Shown here in pieces: positions 17,794 through 27,015 of a stretch of DNA of 47,594 nt. A program made the translations under genes and the position numbers. The stretch's first letter is position 1. Each line of letters starts with the position of its first letter. The notes under the pieces were generated by a model that did no database searches, was not told where the DNA came from, and saw only the letters and a program-made list of their open reading frames with translations. Location of the stretch: NCBI GenBank assembly GCA_964581275.1, contig CAZOOE010000002.1, positions 1 through 47,594 of the forward strand, read 5' to 3'. This DNA comes from an uncultured Clostridia bacterium. GTDB taxonomy: Bacteria; Acidobacteriota; Blastocatellia; UBA7656.

Positions 17794-19203
17794 TCATCGC
17801 CCAGAATAGAGATCAATCACCCGTTCAATTGCGCGGCGGCACACCGCGCAGAACGCTGGGCTTCGCGTGAACATGATGCAATCAATTTCCGGGCGGTAGT
17901 AACCCTTCGCTTCGTACATCGCGCCTTCGAACGCGCCGACTTTGCCCGCGTACTTCTCGGAGGCGAAGAACTTGATCTCAAACTCGCGGTTCTCTCGAAA
18001 CAGCGCTTCCATTTCAGCTTCGGGACGATTCTCGGCACGAATCTTTGCCCGACGTGTCCCGTACTCGCGTGAGTGCTTTTCGTATTCTTCCTTTTGCCAC
18101 GGAGTCGGAATCGGCGTGCCCGGCGCGACCAAGTCTTTCCACTTCAAAGACGATGGATCGAGCAGGGCAGTCACGTTTGGCTCCCACGGCTCGGCCTTAA
18201 CTGCCGCCGGGGTGTAAGCGACCGGGGACGTATAGTACTCGTCTGCGAGACCGGCGAAGTGATGCCCGAACTCATGAACGAAGACATAAGGCGCTTGCTC
18301 GCTGTCGGCGGCCACCGTGCTGTACAACCCGAAGATCCCACCGCCGCCGTAGGTGCCGGTGTTGGTGATGATTTCAATGAACTCGTAAGGCGCGAACTGT
18401 GCAGCGCTGCGGAGCGCGCGATTCTCAAATGTCAGTACGTATCTCTCGGAGCCGAATGCATCGTAGCTTGCGCCGAGCGGCGACGCTCGATGAACGCCGG
18501 TCGAGGGCCGCGAGATACCGGACTCTTCGGCGGCCGGGCACAGCGCCCAAACGTTGAAGTCCTTTCGCCGTTCTTTGTATGGTGAGGTCGCAAATAGAAT
18601 CTCGACCAGCCTGCGCGCGTCTTTTTCGAACTTCCCGCGCTCACCAGCAGTGTAGCCGTCACCCAGAATCAAGAAGTCGACTTTATCGGCCGGGTCGCCG
18701 CTGTTCTGAATTGCGATCAAAGGGCCTGGCGAGACCAGCTTGGAATTGTCGACAAACATATCTTTGGGATCGACGATGGTGGACCATATTTCGCGAAAAG
18801 CGTTGTTGGAATCGCGCTTCTTCAAGACTATCTGGACCGGCGCTTGCGGCTGCGGGAATCGCAATGATTCGTGAAAGGTGCGATTGGCCGTCTTGGCTTC
18901 GTCAGTCGTTTCCCACTCGCCGTAGATCGAAGCGAACCCGCGCGAAAAGAGCAGCCGATTCGTCGTCCGGTCGTGGACTTCGAACAGATACTTGCCCAGG
19001 TTTGTCTCGTCGATGTTCTTCCGCGGATTGCCGGCCCAGGGGAGAGGTTCGATCACTACTTTGTCGACGCTGAAGGTTTCCTGCGTAGCATTGCCGGTGT
19101 GGTAGTAATCAAGCCGCATGGTCGGCGAAGCGGCCGCCCGCGCAGTCGCCGCCAACAATAGAAGGACCAGGAGAATGAGTGAGGTCAACTTTCCCTTGAT
19201 CAT
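17794..19203 (-). CDS. M64-family (IgA peptidase-like) zinc metallopeptidase, secreted
   Basis: Signal peptide LILLVLLLLAATARAAA. The zinc motif VHEFGHHFAGLADEY matches the M64 HExxH...ADEY signature. Confidence 0.85.
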   Translation of the reverse strand: MIKGKLTSLILLVLLLLAATARAAASPTMRLDYYHTGNATQETFSVDKVVIEPLPWAGNPRKNIDETNLGKYLFEVHDRTTNRLLFSRGFASIYGEWETTDEAKTANRTFHESLRFPQPQAPVQIVLKKRDSNNAFREIWSTIVDPKDMFVDNSKLVSPGPLIAIQNSGDPADKVDFLILGDGYTAGERGKFEKDARRLVEILFATSPYKERRKDFNVWALCPAAEESGISRPSTGVHRASPLGASYDAFGSERYVLTFENRALRSAAQFAPYEFIEIITNTGTYGGGGIFGLYSTVAADSEQAPYVFVHEFGHHFAGLADEYYTSPVAYTPAAVKAEPWEPNVTALLDPSSLKWKDLVAPGTPIPTPWQKEEYEKHSREYGTRRAKIRAENRPEAEMEALFRENREFEIKFFASEKYAGKVGAFEGAMYEAKGYYRPEIDCIMFTRSPAFCAVCRRAIERVIDLYSGR

Positions 19204-19552
19204 GGCGTGATTGTATCAACACCTCCTCGATTGAGGTAGCAGGAGACGGACCAAGAGCCGCCAACAGGTATGAATCAAAAACGGGATTTGTCTGAAGTCA
19301 CCGGCCCACCCTACGACAAAGTCCTACTCTCGGACAAAGTCGCGCTTCCGATTACACCGTCCCCAACTTACAAGACGATCTGGTAGCACGCATTCCGCCC
19401 GCCGAATATAATAAACACACGGAGGTGGAGAATATTCTGAAGCAACTGCTTAATTCCATTGTTAGCGCATTGCCCAAGACTTACAAGAGGACTCCAAAAC
19501 GCATGATAGAAACCCGGCAAAGACCGGCTCTCAGTTTTCTGATTTAGCGTTC

Positions 19553-21763
19553 TTGACCCTCGAAGCTTACTTTCCTAGAATTCGACTCGATACGGTTCGG
19601 TCGCGACTCACCAGAGGCTGCCACTTGCTCGAGCTAACAACACCGCTGTACGAACTCCACCTGCACGAAATTCCCCGCGTGGCGATGAAGACCGCGCAGA
19701 AACTCGCACAGGGGGCAGCTTCGATATCAGTCGCAGATGCGCATCAGGCGACAGTCGAAGACCTGATTCACTACCTGCCTATGCGCTACGAGGACCGCTC
19801 CAACCTTGCGCGCATTCGCGATCTACAAAACGGCATGTGGGCCACGATCGAAGTCGAGGTGCGGATTTCCGGAACCTATCCAGTGAAGGGCGGGAGGCTG
19901 CGAATCTTTGAGATCTCAGGCACCGACGGCACGGGACAGGTGCGCGCGTTCTGGTGGAATCAGGGTTATCTTCAAGCCTCATTCAAGCAGGGGCGTAAGG
20001 TATTGTTGTACGGTCAGTGGAAGCGTAACAAGAGGGGTTTCTACGAAGTTGAGAACCCCGACTACGAGTTCGCCCTGGATGACGACGACGCGGATCCGAT
20101 TCATACGGGAAGGCGCGTCCCGGTCTATCGGAAGCTCGGGGAGCTGCGAACCAAGCAGCTTCGTTCGATCATACACCACGTGCTCGAACGGCTCGACCTT
20201 TCAGCGACCGAAGACCCTATTCCCCAAGAGATGCTGACCCGCAACAATCTCATCTCTCGTGCTGCGGCGTTTCGGCAAATTCACTTCCCCGCGGTCGATG
20301 CTCCGCTCGAGACGTATAACAAGTTCGCGTCGCCGGCTCATCAGCGGTTGATCTTCGAAGAGTTCTTCTGGTTGTCGCTTGCAATGGGACTTCGACGTCA
20401 GGGGCGCGAGCAGGCACCAAAGGGCACAGTGATCGAAGTCAATGACCGCGTGCGCAGCGCGGTCCGGACCATCTTACCGTTCAAACCAACTAACGCACAG
20501 AAGCGAGTTCTTGGGGAAATAGTGGGCGATATGACCGGTTCAAAGCCGATGAACCGGTTGTTGCAAGGGGACGTCGGGTCCGGCAAAACCATCGTCGCCG
20601 TTCAGTCGGCGATAGTCGCGATCGAGAACGGCTATCAGGCTGCGATCATGGCGCCGACCGAAATCCTTGCCGAACAGCATGCAAGAAGCGTAAAGCGAAT
20701 GGTGGCGCCGACGGCTTATCGGGTTGAGCTCCTCACGGGGTCGCTGACTCCCGCGCGCAAACGGCAGCTGCAGGCCGCAATCGAAGCAGGGGAAGTCGAC
20801 CTGGCGATCGGCACTCACGCGCTGATTCAAGATGCGGTCAAGTTTCACAAGCTGGGGTTTGTGGTGATCGACGAGCAACATCGTTTCGGTGTGCTTCAAC
20901 GCGCAGCGATGATAAAGCGTGGCTACAATCCAGACGTGCTGGTGATGACCGCCACCCCAATTCCGCGATCGCTGGTGATGAGCGTGTACGGCGATCTGGA
21001 TCTTTCGATCATCGACGAGATGCCCCCGGGAAGAAAGTCAGTGATAACCAGGGTGAGAGGCGAAGAGTCGCGGCGGAAGATCTACCAGTTCCTCGACAAG
21101 AAGATCCGCGAGGGCGGCCAGGTCTACATCGTCTACCCTCTTGTCGAGGAATCCGAAAAGCTGGACCTTCTCAACGCTACCCAGATGGCCGAGCATCTGC
21201 AGACATTGGTGTTTCCAAACTTCCGAGTCGGTCTTATTCACGGGCGGATGAAACAAGAAGAGAAAGACGCGGTAATGGAGGAGTTTCGAGCAGGAGAGAG
21301 TCACATCCTTGTCTCGACCACGGTGATCGAAGTGGGGGTAGACGTGCAGAACGCAAGCATCATGCTGGTCGAGCACGCCGAACGATTCGGTCTCTCACAG
21401 CTTCACCAGCTTCGAGGGCGAGTTGGCCGCGGCGACGAGCAGAGCTATTGCATACTGCTGGCGGGAGACAAGCGCTCGTCAGAAGCTCGCGAGCGGCTTG
21501 CGATAATGGAAGAGACCAGCGACGGCTTTAAGGTCGCCGAGAAGGACCTGGAGATACGAGGGCCAGGCGAGGTAATGGGCACTCGTCAATCAGGTTTACC
21601 GGCATTCCGAGTCGGCAACATCATCCGAGACTACGCGTTGCTTGAGATTGCCAAACGCGAAGCGGATCACATGCTCACCGCGCGGCGTAACTCACGCGAG
21701 ACTGCACGCCTGGTTGAGATTGTCAGGGAACAGGCGAAGTATGGATTGGCGGCGGTTGGTTAA
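19553..21763 (+). CDS. recG: ATP-dependent DNA helicase RecG
   Basis: Motifs seen: wedge/OB N-terminus (DLIHYLPMRYEDRS), FKPTNAQKRV, GDVGSGKT (Walker A), VIDEQHRFGV, MTATPIPRS, QLHQLRGRVGRG. The start is uncertain (TTG at 19553; another TTG at 19625). Confidence 0.95.
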   Translation: MTLEAYFPRIRLDTVRSRLTRGCHLLELTTPLYELHLHEIPRVAMKTAQKLAQGAASISVADAHQATVEDLIHYLPMRYEDRSNLARIRDLQNGMWATIEVEVRISGTYPVKGGRLRIFEISGTDGTGQVRAFWWNQGYLQASFKQGRKVLLYGQWKRNKRGFYEVENPDYEFALDDDDADPIHTGRRVPVYRKLGELRTKQLRSIIHHVLERLDLSATEDPIPQEMLTRNNLISRAAAFRQIHFPAVDAPLETYNKFASPAHQRLIFEEFFWLSLAMGLRRQGREQAPKGTVIEVNDRVRSAVRTILPFKPTNAQKRVLGEIVGDMTGSKPMNRLLQGDVGSGKTIVAVQSAIVAIENGYQAAIMAPTEILAEQHARSVKRMVAPTAYRVELLTGSLTPARKRQLQAAIEAGEVDLAIGTHALIQDAVKFHKLGFVVIDEQHRFGVLQRAAMIKRGYNPDVLVMTATPIPRSLVMSVYGDLDLSIIDEMPPGRKSVITRVRGEESRRKIYQFLDKKIREGGQVYIVYPLVEESEKLDLLNATQMAEHLQTLVFPNFRVGLIHGRMKQEEKDAVMEEFRAGESHILVSTTVIEVGVDVQNASIMLVEHAERFGLSQLHQLRGRVGRGDEQSYCILLAGDKRSSEARERLAIMEETSDGFKVAEKDLEIRGPGEVMGTRQSGLPAFRVGNIIRDYALLEIAKREADHMLTARRNSRETARLVEIVREQAKYGLAAVG

Positions 21764-21784
21764 CGACGGATTGCGGCGCAATGC

Positions 21785-21815
21785 AAAAGGCTGGCAGGTT
21801 GAACCCGCCAGCCTT
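21785..21815 (-). terminator. Hairpin terminator between convergent recG and the Clp-like ATPase gene
   Basis: A 9-bp stem (aaggctggc / gccagcctt) with an 11-nt loop. On the minus strand it is followed by tttt. Confidence 0.6.
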
Positions 21816-21840
21816 CATCCGAACATTCACTTTATCTGCT

Positions 21841-23106
21841 TCAAGCGGCTATTCGCGGTTGTTCGCTCATTTTCATCGCGTGAACCGCTTCCATCGCCGC
21901 GGCGGCCCTCGCCGAGTCAGAGTCGTCGCGATAAAACGCAAGCTTTTGCGTCTCCTCGTTTATGTCAACTACGACCACGTCGCCGACACGCAGCTGACCG
22001 GTCGCCGACAGGTTGGCGAGAGGGTTGACCAGGAATCGCTCGATTGCGCGCTTCAAGTGACGCGCACCGTAGCGATACTCGATGCCCTCCCTCAGGAGGA
22101 ACTCTCGAGCGCTCTCAGTCAGTGAAATCATGAACCGCTCACCGGCGCCTTCGTCCACTCGACGCTGGACCCCCTTGAGTTCCAGATCGAGGATCTGGCA
22201 AAGCTCCTGATGCTTGAGGCTGCGGAAGACCACGATCTTATCTATTCGGTTCATGAACTCGGGCGAGAACTTTCTCCGCGCCGCCTCCGAAGCGGTGCGA
22301 TAGATCTTTTGGTCCAGATCGTCAGCCGCCAGCGTTCCGCCTTTGGCCGGCGCGAACCCTATCGAGCCAGTGATCAACTCGCTCATCTCCTTCGCTCCGA
22401 GGTTCGACGTCATAAAAATCATCGTCTGCGAGAAGTCGACTCGTCGATTGTCCCCCAACGTCAGCGTCGCCTTGTCGAGCATGCCCAGCAGCAGTTGCCA
22501 CAGCGCATCTGACGCCTTCTCGATCTCGTCAAACAGCACGAACGTGAACGGATCGCGCTCGGTGCGATACTTCTCGAGATTCTCCTGGGTCAGCAGCGGC
22601 GTGGTCTCTCGGTGACCCAGATAGCCCGGCGGCGAGCCGATCAACTTGGCGATCTCGTGCGAATGCTGAAACTCCGCGCAGTCGATCTTTATCACCGCAT
22701 TGCGATCGCCAAAAAGGATCTCCGCGGCAGCTTCCACTACGTGAGTCTTTCCTGATCCGGTTGGACCAAGGAAAAGCATCGATCCCAGCGGACGAGTCGG
22801 ATTGGTCATCCCCGCTTGAAATACCTGATACAGCGACGTGATTGCCCGAACCGCTCGATCCTGGCCGACAACCCGACTGCGAAGGCCTGCTTCGAACTGC
22901 TCTGCAACAGCGCTCTTGGTTGTAGGATCAAGGGCTACCAGCTTTCTTTTTTGACCGTTGCTAACCATTTTCAATCTCTCTTTCAGCGCCCGTTCCTTAC
23001 TCTCCAGTCCGTTCTCGATTCTCGGTTGGTTCAATTGCCAACTCATCAATTCCCCTCTCATCTCAACCACTAGCCGCGTCATCCCTAGCCGGGTTGCGGC
23101 TGTCAT
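21841..23106 (-). CDS. Stand-alone AAA+ ATPase homologous to the D2 module of Clp/Hsp100 (ClpA/B/C) proteins
   Basis: Motifs seen: GQDRAV...NPTRPLGSMLFLGPTGSGKT (Walker A), IKIDCAEF, LIGSPPGYLGH, FVLFDEIEKA (Walker B), MTSNLGA, and a D2-small domain (ARHLKRAIE). No N-domain, D1 or M-domain is present. Confidence 0.8.
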   Translation of the reverse strand: MTAATRLGMTRLVVEMRGELMSWQLNQPRIENGLESKERALKERLKMVSNGQKRKLVALDPTTKSAVAEQFEAGLRSRVVGQDRAVRAITSLYQVFQAGMTNPTRPLGSMLFLGPTGSGKTHVVEAAAEILFGDRNAVIKIDCAEFQHSHEIAKLIGSPPGYLGHRETTPLLTQENLEKYRTERDPFTFVLFDEIEKASDALWQLLLGMLDKATLTLGDNRRVDFSQTMIFMTSNLGAKEMSELITGSIGFAPAKGGTLAADDLDQKIYRTASEAARRKFSPEFMNRIDKIVVFRSLKHQELCQILDLELKGVQRRVDEGAGERFMISLTESAREFLLREGIEYRYGARHLKRAIERFLVNPLANLSATGQLRVGDVVVVDINEETQKLAFYRDDSDSARAAAAMEAVHAMKMSEQPRIAA

Positions 23107-23572
23107 CGTTTCAGCAAGTTTGATGCCTCTCTCTACCTGTCAGTTGCTGTGGGCCTTTACGGCGTTCTGCCGTCCGATCGCCGCCGGCGAACCCGCTCGC
23201 AAATGTCCATCGTGCTGCGCATTAGGCATACCCGCGCGCGAGTGCATTGGTAGGATACGCGCGCGCGTTCACACAATCTGCGATTCACCAAAAGACAAAT
23301 TTCGTCACCACTCGTCACCCAAAAGGTGTTGTCGTTCACGTGTTGCGTCTCAAGTACGGTTCGGGCCCTAAAGCCCTCAGTTTATGGATGTCGGCAACCG
23401 AGTTGAATATTCCGAGCCTCCTGGAACATGAGACCCGATCTCGCGCAAGAAAATTCCCAGACTGGAGGCCTGGAAGCTACCGCATCGATGCACGAGTGGG
23501 CTATTATTGGCGGCGCTGCGAAATGGCAGGTATGGCAATTACATGCAAGAAAACCGGAACGAGGAGCGTCGA

Positions 23573-24352
23573 ATGAAACTCGAAGGCAAGGTTGCGATCG
23601 TAACAGGTGGAGGCGGCGGCATCGGCCGCGCTATCGCACTGCGGTTCGCTCGGGAGGGCGCGGGCGTTGTCGTGGCGGGCCCAACCGAAGAGAAGATCAA
23701 GTCAGTTGAAAAGGAGATTGGGGATAGCGGGGGCCGGGTGACTGCGGCACTCGGCGACGTGGCCGATGAGGCGGATGTCATGCGAATGGTTGCGGCCGCG
23801 CTGGGTGCGTACGGACGGATCGATATTCTGGTCAACAACGCTGGAATCGCCGGGCCGACTGCGCTTGTCCCCAACGTAAGCCGTGAAGATTGGGATCGAA
23901 CATTTGCCGTCAACCTAACCGGGGCCTTTCTTTGCGCGAAGCACGTGCTTCCCCATCTGATAGAGCAGCAAAGCGGATGCATCATCAATATAACGTCAAT
24001 CGCGGGGCTTCAGGCCTACGCTTACCGCAGCCCTTATTGCGCGTCGAAGTGGGGCATGATTGGCCTAACGCAGACATTGGCAGAAGAGGGTGGGCGCTAC
24101 GGCGTCACTGCAAACGCGATTGCCCCGGGCCCGGTGCGAGGCCCGCGTATCGAGCGGGTGATCCGGAATCGAGCGACGGAGATGAAGCTTCCGTATGAAG
24201 ACGTGGTGCGTCAATACGTCGAGCCGACCGCACTAAAGCGCATGGTTGAAGAGGAAGATATCGCTGCGATGGCAGTGTTCCTCGCGTCTGACGAGGGCGC
24301 GAACATCACTGGCGAAACGTTGAACATATCGGCCGGCTATCGACTATCTTGA
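23573..24352 (+). CDS. SDR-family oxidoreductase (FabG-like)
   Basis: Motifs seen: KVAIVTGGGGGIGRA (TGxxxGxG), NNAG, YCASK (YxxxK). The ATG at 23573 is preceded by gaggag; the track start at 23507 is an upstream extension. Confidence 0.9.
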   Translation: MKLEGKVAIVTGGGGGIGRAIALRFAREGAGVVVAGPTEEKIKSVEKEIGDSGGRVTAALGDVADEADVMRMVAAALGAYGRIDILVNNAGIAGPTALVPNVSREDWDRTFAVNLTGAFLCAKHVLPHLIEQQSGCIINITSIAGLQAYAYRSPYCASKWGMIGLTQTLAEEGGRYGVTANAIAPGPVRGPRIERVIRNRATEMKLPYEDVVRQYVEPTALKRMVEEEDIAAMAVFLASDEGANITGETLNISAGYRLS

Positions 24353-24431
24353 ACAGGCAGCACCTTTGCGGATGCGCGTCGGGTTCGCCAGCTTGCCGAA
24401 GAACGAGCAGCCGCTGCCGTCGTCAGGCTGA

Positions 24432-26939
24432 TTATCGGACCAGGGCTAATTGACCGCTCTTTCCTTTTTGTGAATATGCAACCGGGCTCACTTGTTGGGG
24501 CAAGACAAGCTGGCCGGTAACAAAAGAGGCCTTGCTCTGGCGAGTTGCGAGCGCCGCCGCAAGAAGCAATTCGTCAATGGATTGACCGTCGATTGCGGAT
24601 TCGGCCACGCCAAAGCCAATTCCAACTGAAGCATATTCCGCAGGCCTCACCTCCAGACGGAATGAGCCGATTCGAGCTTGCGCCTGTTCGCCCAGATTGA
24701 TGGCTTCATCGCGACTGAAATTCTTAAACAGGCAAACAAATTCATTGCCTGCGATCCGGCCCAGCATTCCCGCTTCCCCGACCGTCTTGCGAAGCAGCCC
24801 GGCAACTTCGGCCAGCATTCTATCTCCCGCCCGGTAGCCGTAGGAATCATTCACGCCACGCAGAGCGGTGACGTTGAAGCAGAGAACCGTCAACGATCTG
24901 CCGTGTTCATTCGCCGCCGCCAGCTGCTGATCGAAGTGCTTGTATAGCGCTCGCCCGTTCGGCAATCCGGTCAGCGCATCGGTCTGCTCGCTTGCTTTTG
25001 TTTGTTCATGAAGCATTGCGTGCTGAAGCGCGGTAGAAGCGAGACGTGATACCGATTCGAGCAGGTGCAGATGGTCACTTGTGTAAGACCCCAACTCGTT
25101 TGTGTAGAGCGCGAGAGCTCCAATCGTTTCGCCCCGTTCAGTCAAAGGGAACACCGCAGCGGTTCGATACCCCGTCTCGTTATTACCCAGAAACTCGTTT
25201 AGGTCCAGCATGGGATCGGTGTTGCTCATCGGGCGGCCGTTGATTACGACCCAGCCGGCAATCCCGTGTCCGGCGGCGAGGCTTCGCCCGCGAATCTGCT
25301 CGGCATTGCGACCGAAGGTATAGGCCGCAACCGATGAATCATCCTGTTGGCGTAGGTACACTGCGCAAGTGGTGAACGGAATCATTCGGCCGATGCGGTT
25401 GACGGTCAAAGTGACGACGTCTTGCACATCAAGACTTGCGCTGAAGGTCTGCGCCATCTCGTAAAGCGCCGCGACCTCCGAGTGCGCCGCGTGAATTTGC
25501 TTGACATAGTCAGGAGGCTCAGTCGCCGACTGCGCGAGTCCCGCGGCGGGAACCGCTCTCATGGCGCTCTCGGATAGACCAGCCTGGGTCGTCGGAGTCA
25601 GCAGCGGTTGCTGGTTGGCTTTGTGCGTTGCTATCTCATTCTCGTATGTGACCAGATTCGCCAGAAAGGCTTCGACAACGGTTGGGTCGAACTGCGTTGA
25701 TGCGTTGGCGCTCAGGAACTCGCAGGCCTCGTCGCGGCCCATGCCCTTGCGATACTGGCGGTCCTCGCGAACGGCATCGAAGCAGTCGACCACGGTCAGA
25801 ATTCTGGCAGTCAGTGGAATCTGTTCGCCCCTGAGTCCATCGGGGTAACCCCGCCCATCCCATCGCTCGTGATGATGGCGAACGATCGGGACTACAGGAT
25901 AGGGAAAGTTGACCCGCTCGAGAATCTGGGCGCCGACGACGGTGTGAATCTTCATCTTCTCGAACTCTGCGGCGGTAAGCTTGCCTGGCTTGTTCAGTAT
26001 GTAATCGGGGACGGCGATCTTTCCGACGTCATGCAGCAACGCGCCCGCTTGGAGCGCCTCGACCTCCAGTTCGGTCAGGCCAAAGTGGCGCGCAAGCCCG
26101 CAAGCATAGACTTGGACGCGATAGACGTGATCGTGCGTGATTTCGTCCTTCGCATCGATGGCTGTTGCAAGCGCTTCAACGGTGGCCAGATGAAGCCGGC
26201 TGATCCGCTCGGTCGCTTTGGTACGCTCGTCGGATTGCTTGAAGTAAAAGTGACAGGTCGCGAATATGACTGCGACAAGAGGTCCGGCAGCCAGCAATGA
26301 GCTGAAACCATATTGAATGACTGCCAAATAGATTAGCCCCGCTGCGGACGCACTCGCAGCATATGTCAGGCTGGTCCATGAATAGTTTGCCTGCCACAGC
26401 GCGTAGAGTCCGGTGTGCCGCTTGATCGCGTGGTGAGCCGCTGCGAGCAGCGAATTAAGCGCAAAGTGGGCAGCGGAGAACAGGAGCAAAGCCGCCAGCA
26501 GGCTGGGTGTGTTCAAGATATCGGAGTGTCTAAGCCAAGACAGCGTCAACTGAAACAGGCTGGCGGATGTCAGAGCCGCCAGGGACATCAAAGCCGGCCC
26601 GCCCAATCGGCTTGTCCAGCGACGTGACGTGCGGCAAGACCCGGCAAGCGCGTCGGTGGCGGCTACCAGCGTAGCCGCCGCTGGTCCCCAAAAAAGTGCC
26701 GTCAGAAAAACAAAGATATCTCCAGGGGTAATCGAAGTCTTCGTACCTGGAACGGTTATCGGCCGCAGGCCCGCCAGGAAAACGACTGCCATCAGCGCGG
26801 CAACGCCGAGCTGCCCGTTGATATCGAGACGCAGCACTCCGAATACTGCATAGCTAAACGCCAGCGCGCCTATCGAGGTGGTAGTCCACCAATAGGCGCG
26901 GGCGTTCCGGTTATAATCCGACATGTCTATGAATCGCAT
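24432..26939 (-). CDS. Membrane sensor protein: multi-TM N-terminus, HD-GYP phosphodiesterase domain, GAF domain and a degenerate GGDEF domain
   Basis: About 6-7 TM helices. HD-GYP motifs: HVYRV...LHDVGKIAVP...HHHERWDGRGYPDGL. A GAF-like segment follows. The GGDEF-domain fold (DALTGLPNGRAL...NDSYGYRAGD) has the signature replaced by AGNEF. Confidence 0.85.
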   Translation of the reverse strand: MRFIDMSDYNRNARAYWWTTTSIGALAFSYAVFGVLRLDINGQLGVAALMAVVFLAGLRPITVPGTKTSITPGDIFVFLTALFWGPAAATLVAATDALAGSCRTSRRWTSRLGGPALMSLAALTSASLFQLTLSWLRHSDILNTPSLLAALLLFSAAHFALNSLLAAAHHAIKRHTGLYALWQANYSWTSLTYAASASAAGLIYLAVIQYGFSSLLAAGPLVAVIFATCHFYFKQSDERTKATERISRLHLATVEALATAIDAKDEITHDHVYRVQVYACGLARHFGLTELEVEALQAGALLHDVGKIAVPDYILNKPGKLTAAEFEKMKIHTVVGAQILERVNFPYPVVPIVRHHHERWDGRGYPDGLRGEQIPLTARILTVVDCFDAVREDRQYRKGMGRDEACEFLSANASTQFDPTVVEAFLANLVTYENEIATHKANQQPLLTPTTQAGLSESAMRAVPAAGLAQSATEPPDYVKQIHAAHSEVAALYEMAQTFSASLDVQDVVTLTVNRIGRMIPFTTCAVYLRQQDDSSVAAYTFGRNAEQIRGRSLAAGHGIAGWVVINGRPMSNTDPMLDLNEFLGNNETGYRTAAVFPLTERGETIGALALYTNELGSYTSDHLHLLESVSRLASTALQHAMLHEQTKASEQTDALTGLPNGRALYKHFDQQLAAANEHGRSLTVLCFNVTALRGVNDSYGYRAGDRMLAEVAGLLRKTVGEAGMLGRIAGNEFVCLFKNFSRDEAINLGEQAQARIGSFRLEVRPAEYASVGIGFGVAESAIDGQSIDELLLAAALATRQSKASFVTGQLVLPQQVSPVAYSQKGKSGQLALVR

Positions 26940-27015
26940 TTGCGTCTCTCATTCAGTGACGCGGTGACAAACGGCTGCACGATGCTACGTTCACGCGTCG
27001 CCGGCTACGGTGATC

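Noticed and set aside
19425-19550. 41-codon small ORF after ggagg in the M64/recG divergent region
   Set aside because: The putative GTG start overlaps the SD-like sequence with no spacer. There is no motif and no way to assess conservation.
23225-23275. Alternating CGCGCGCG tracts (acccgcgcgcgag ... acgcgcgcgcgtt) upstream of the Clp-like gene
   Set aside because: The tracts are self-complementary simply because of (CG)n composition, and there is no extended specific palindrome. Noted only as possible Z-DNA-prone sequence.
23524-23550. Sigma-54-like TGGCA...TGCA motif (tggcaggtatggcaattacatgca) upstream of the SDR gene
   Set aside because: The GG-to-GC spacing is 10 or 11 nt in the two possible registers, not the canonical 12 nt. 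No enhancer-binding protein gene is nearby.
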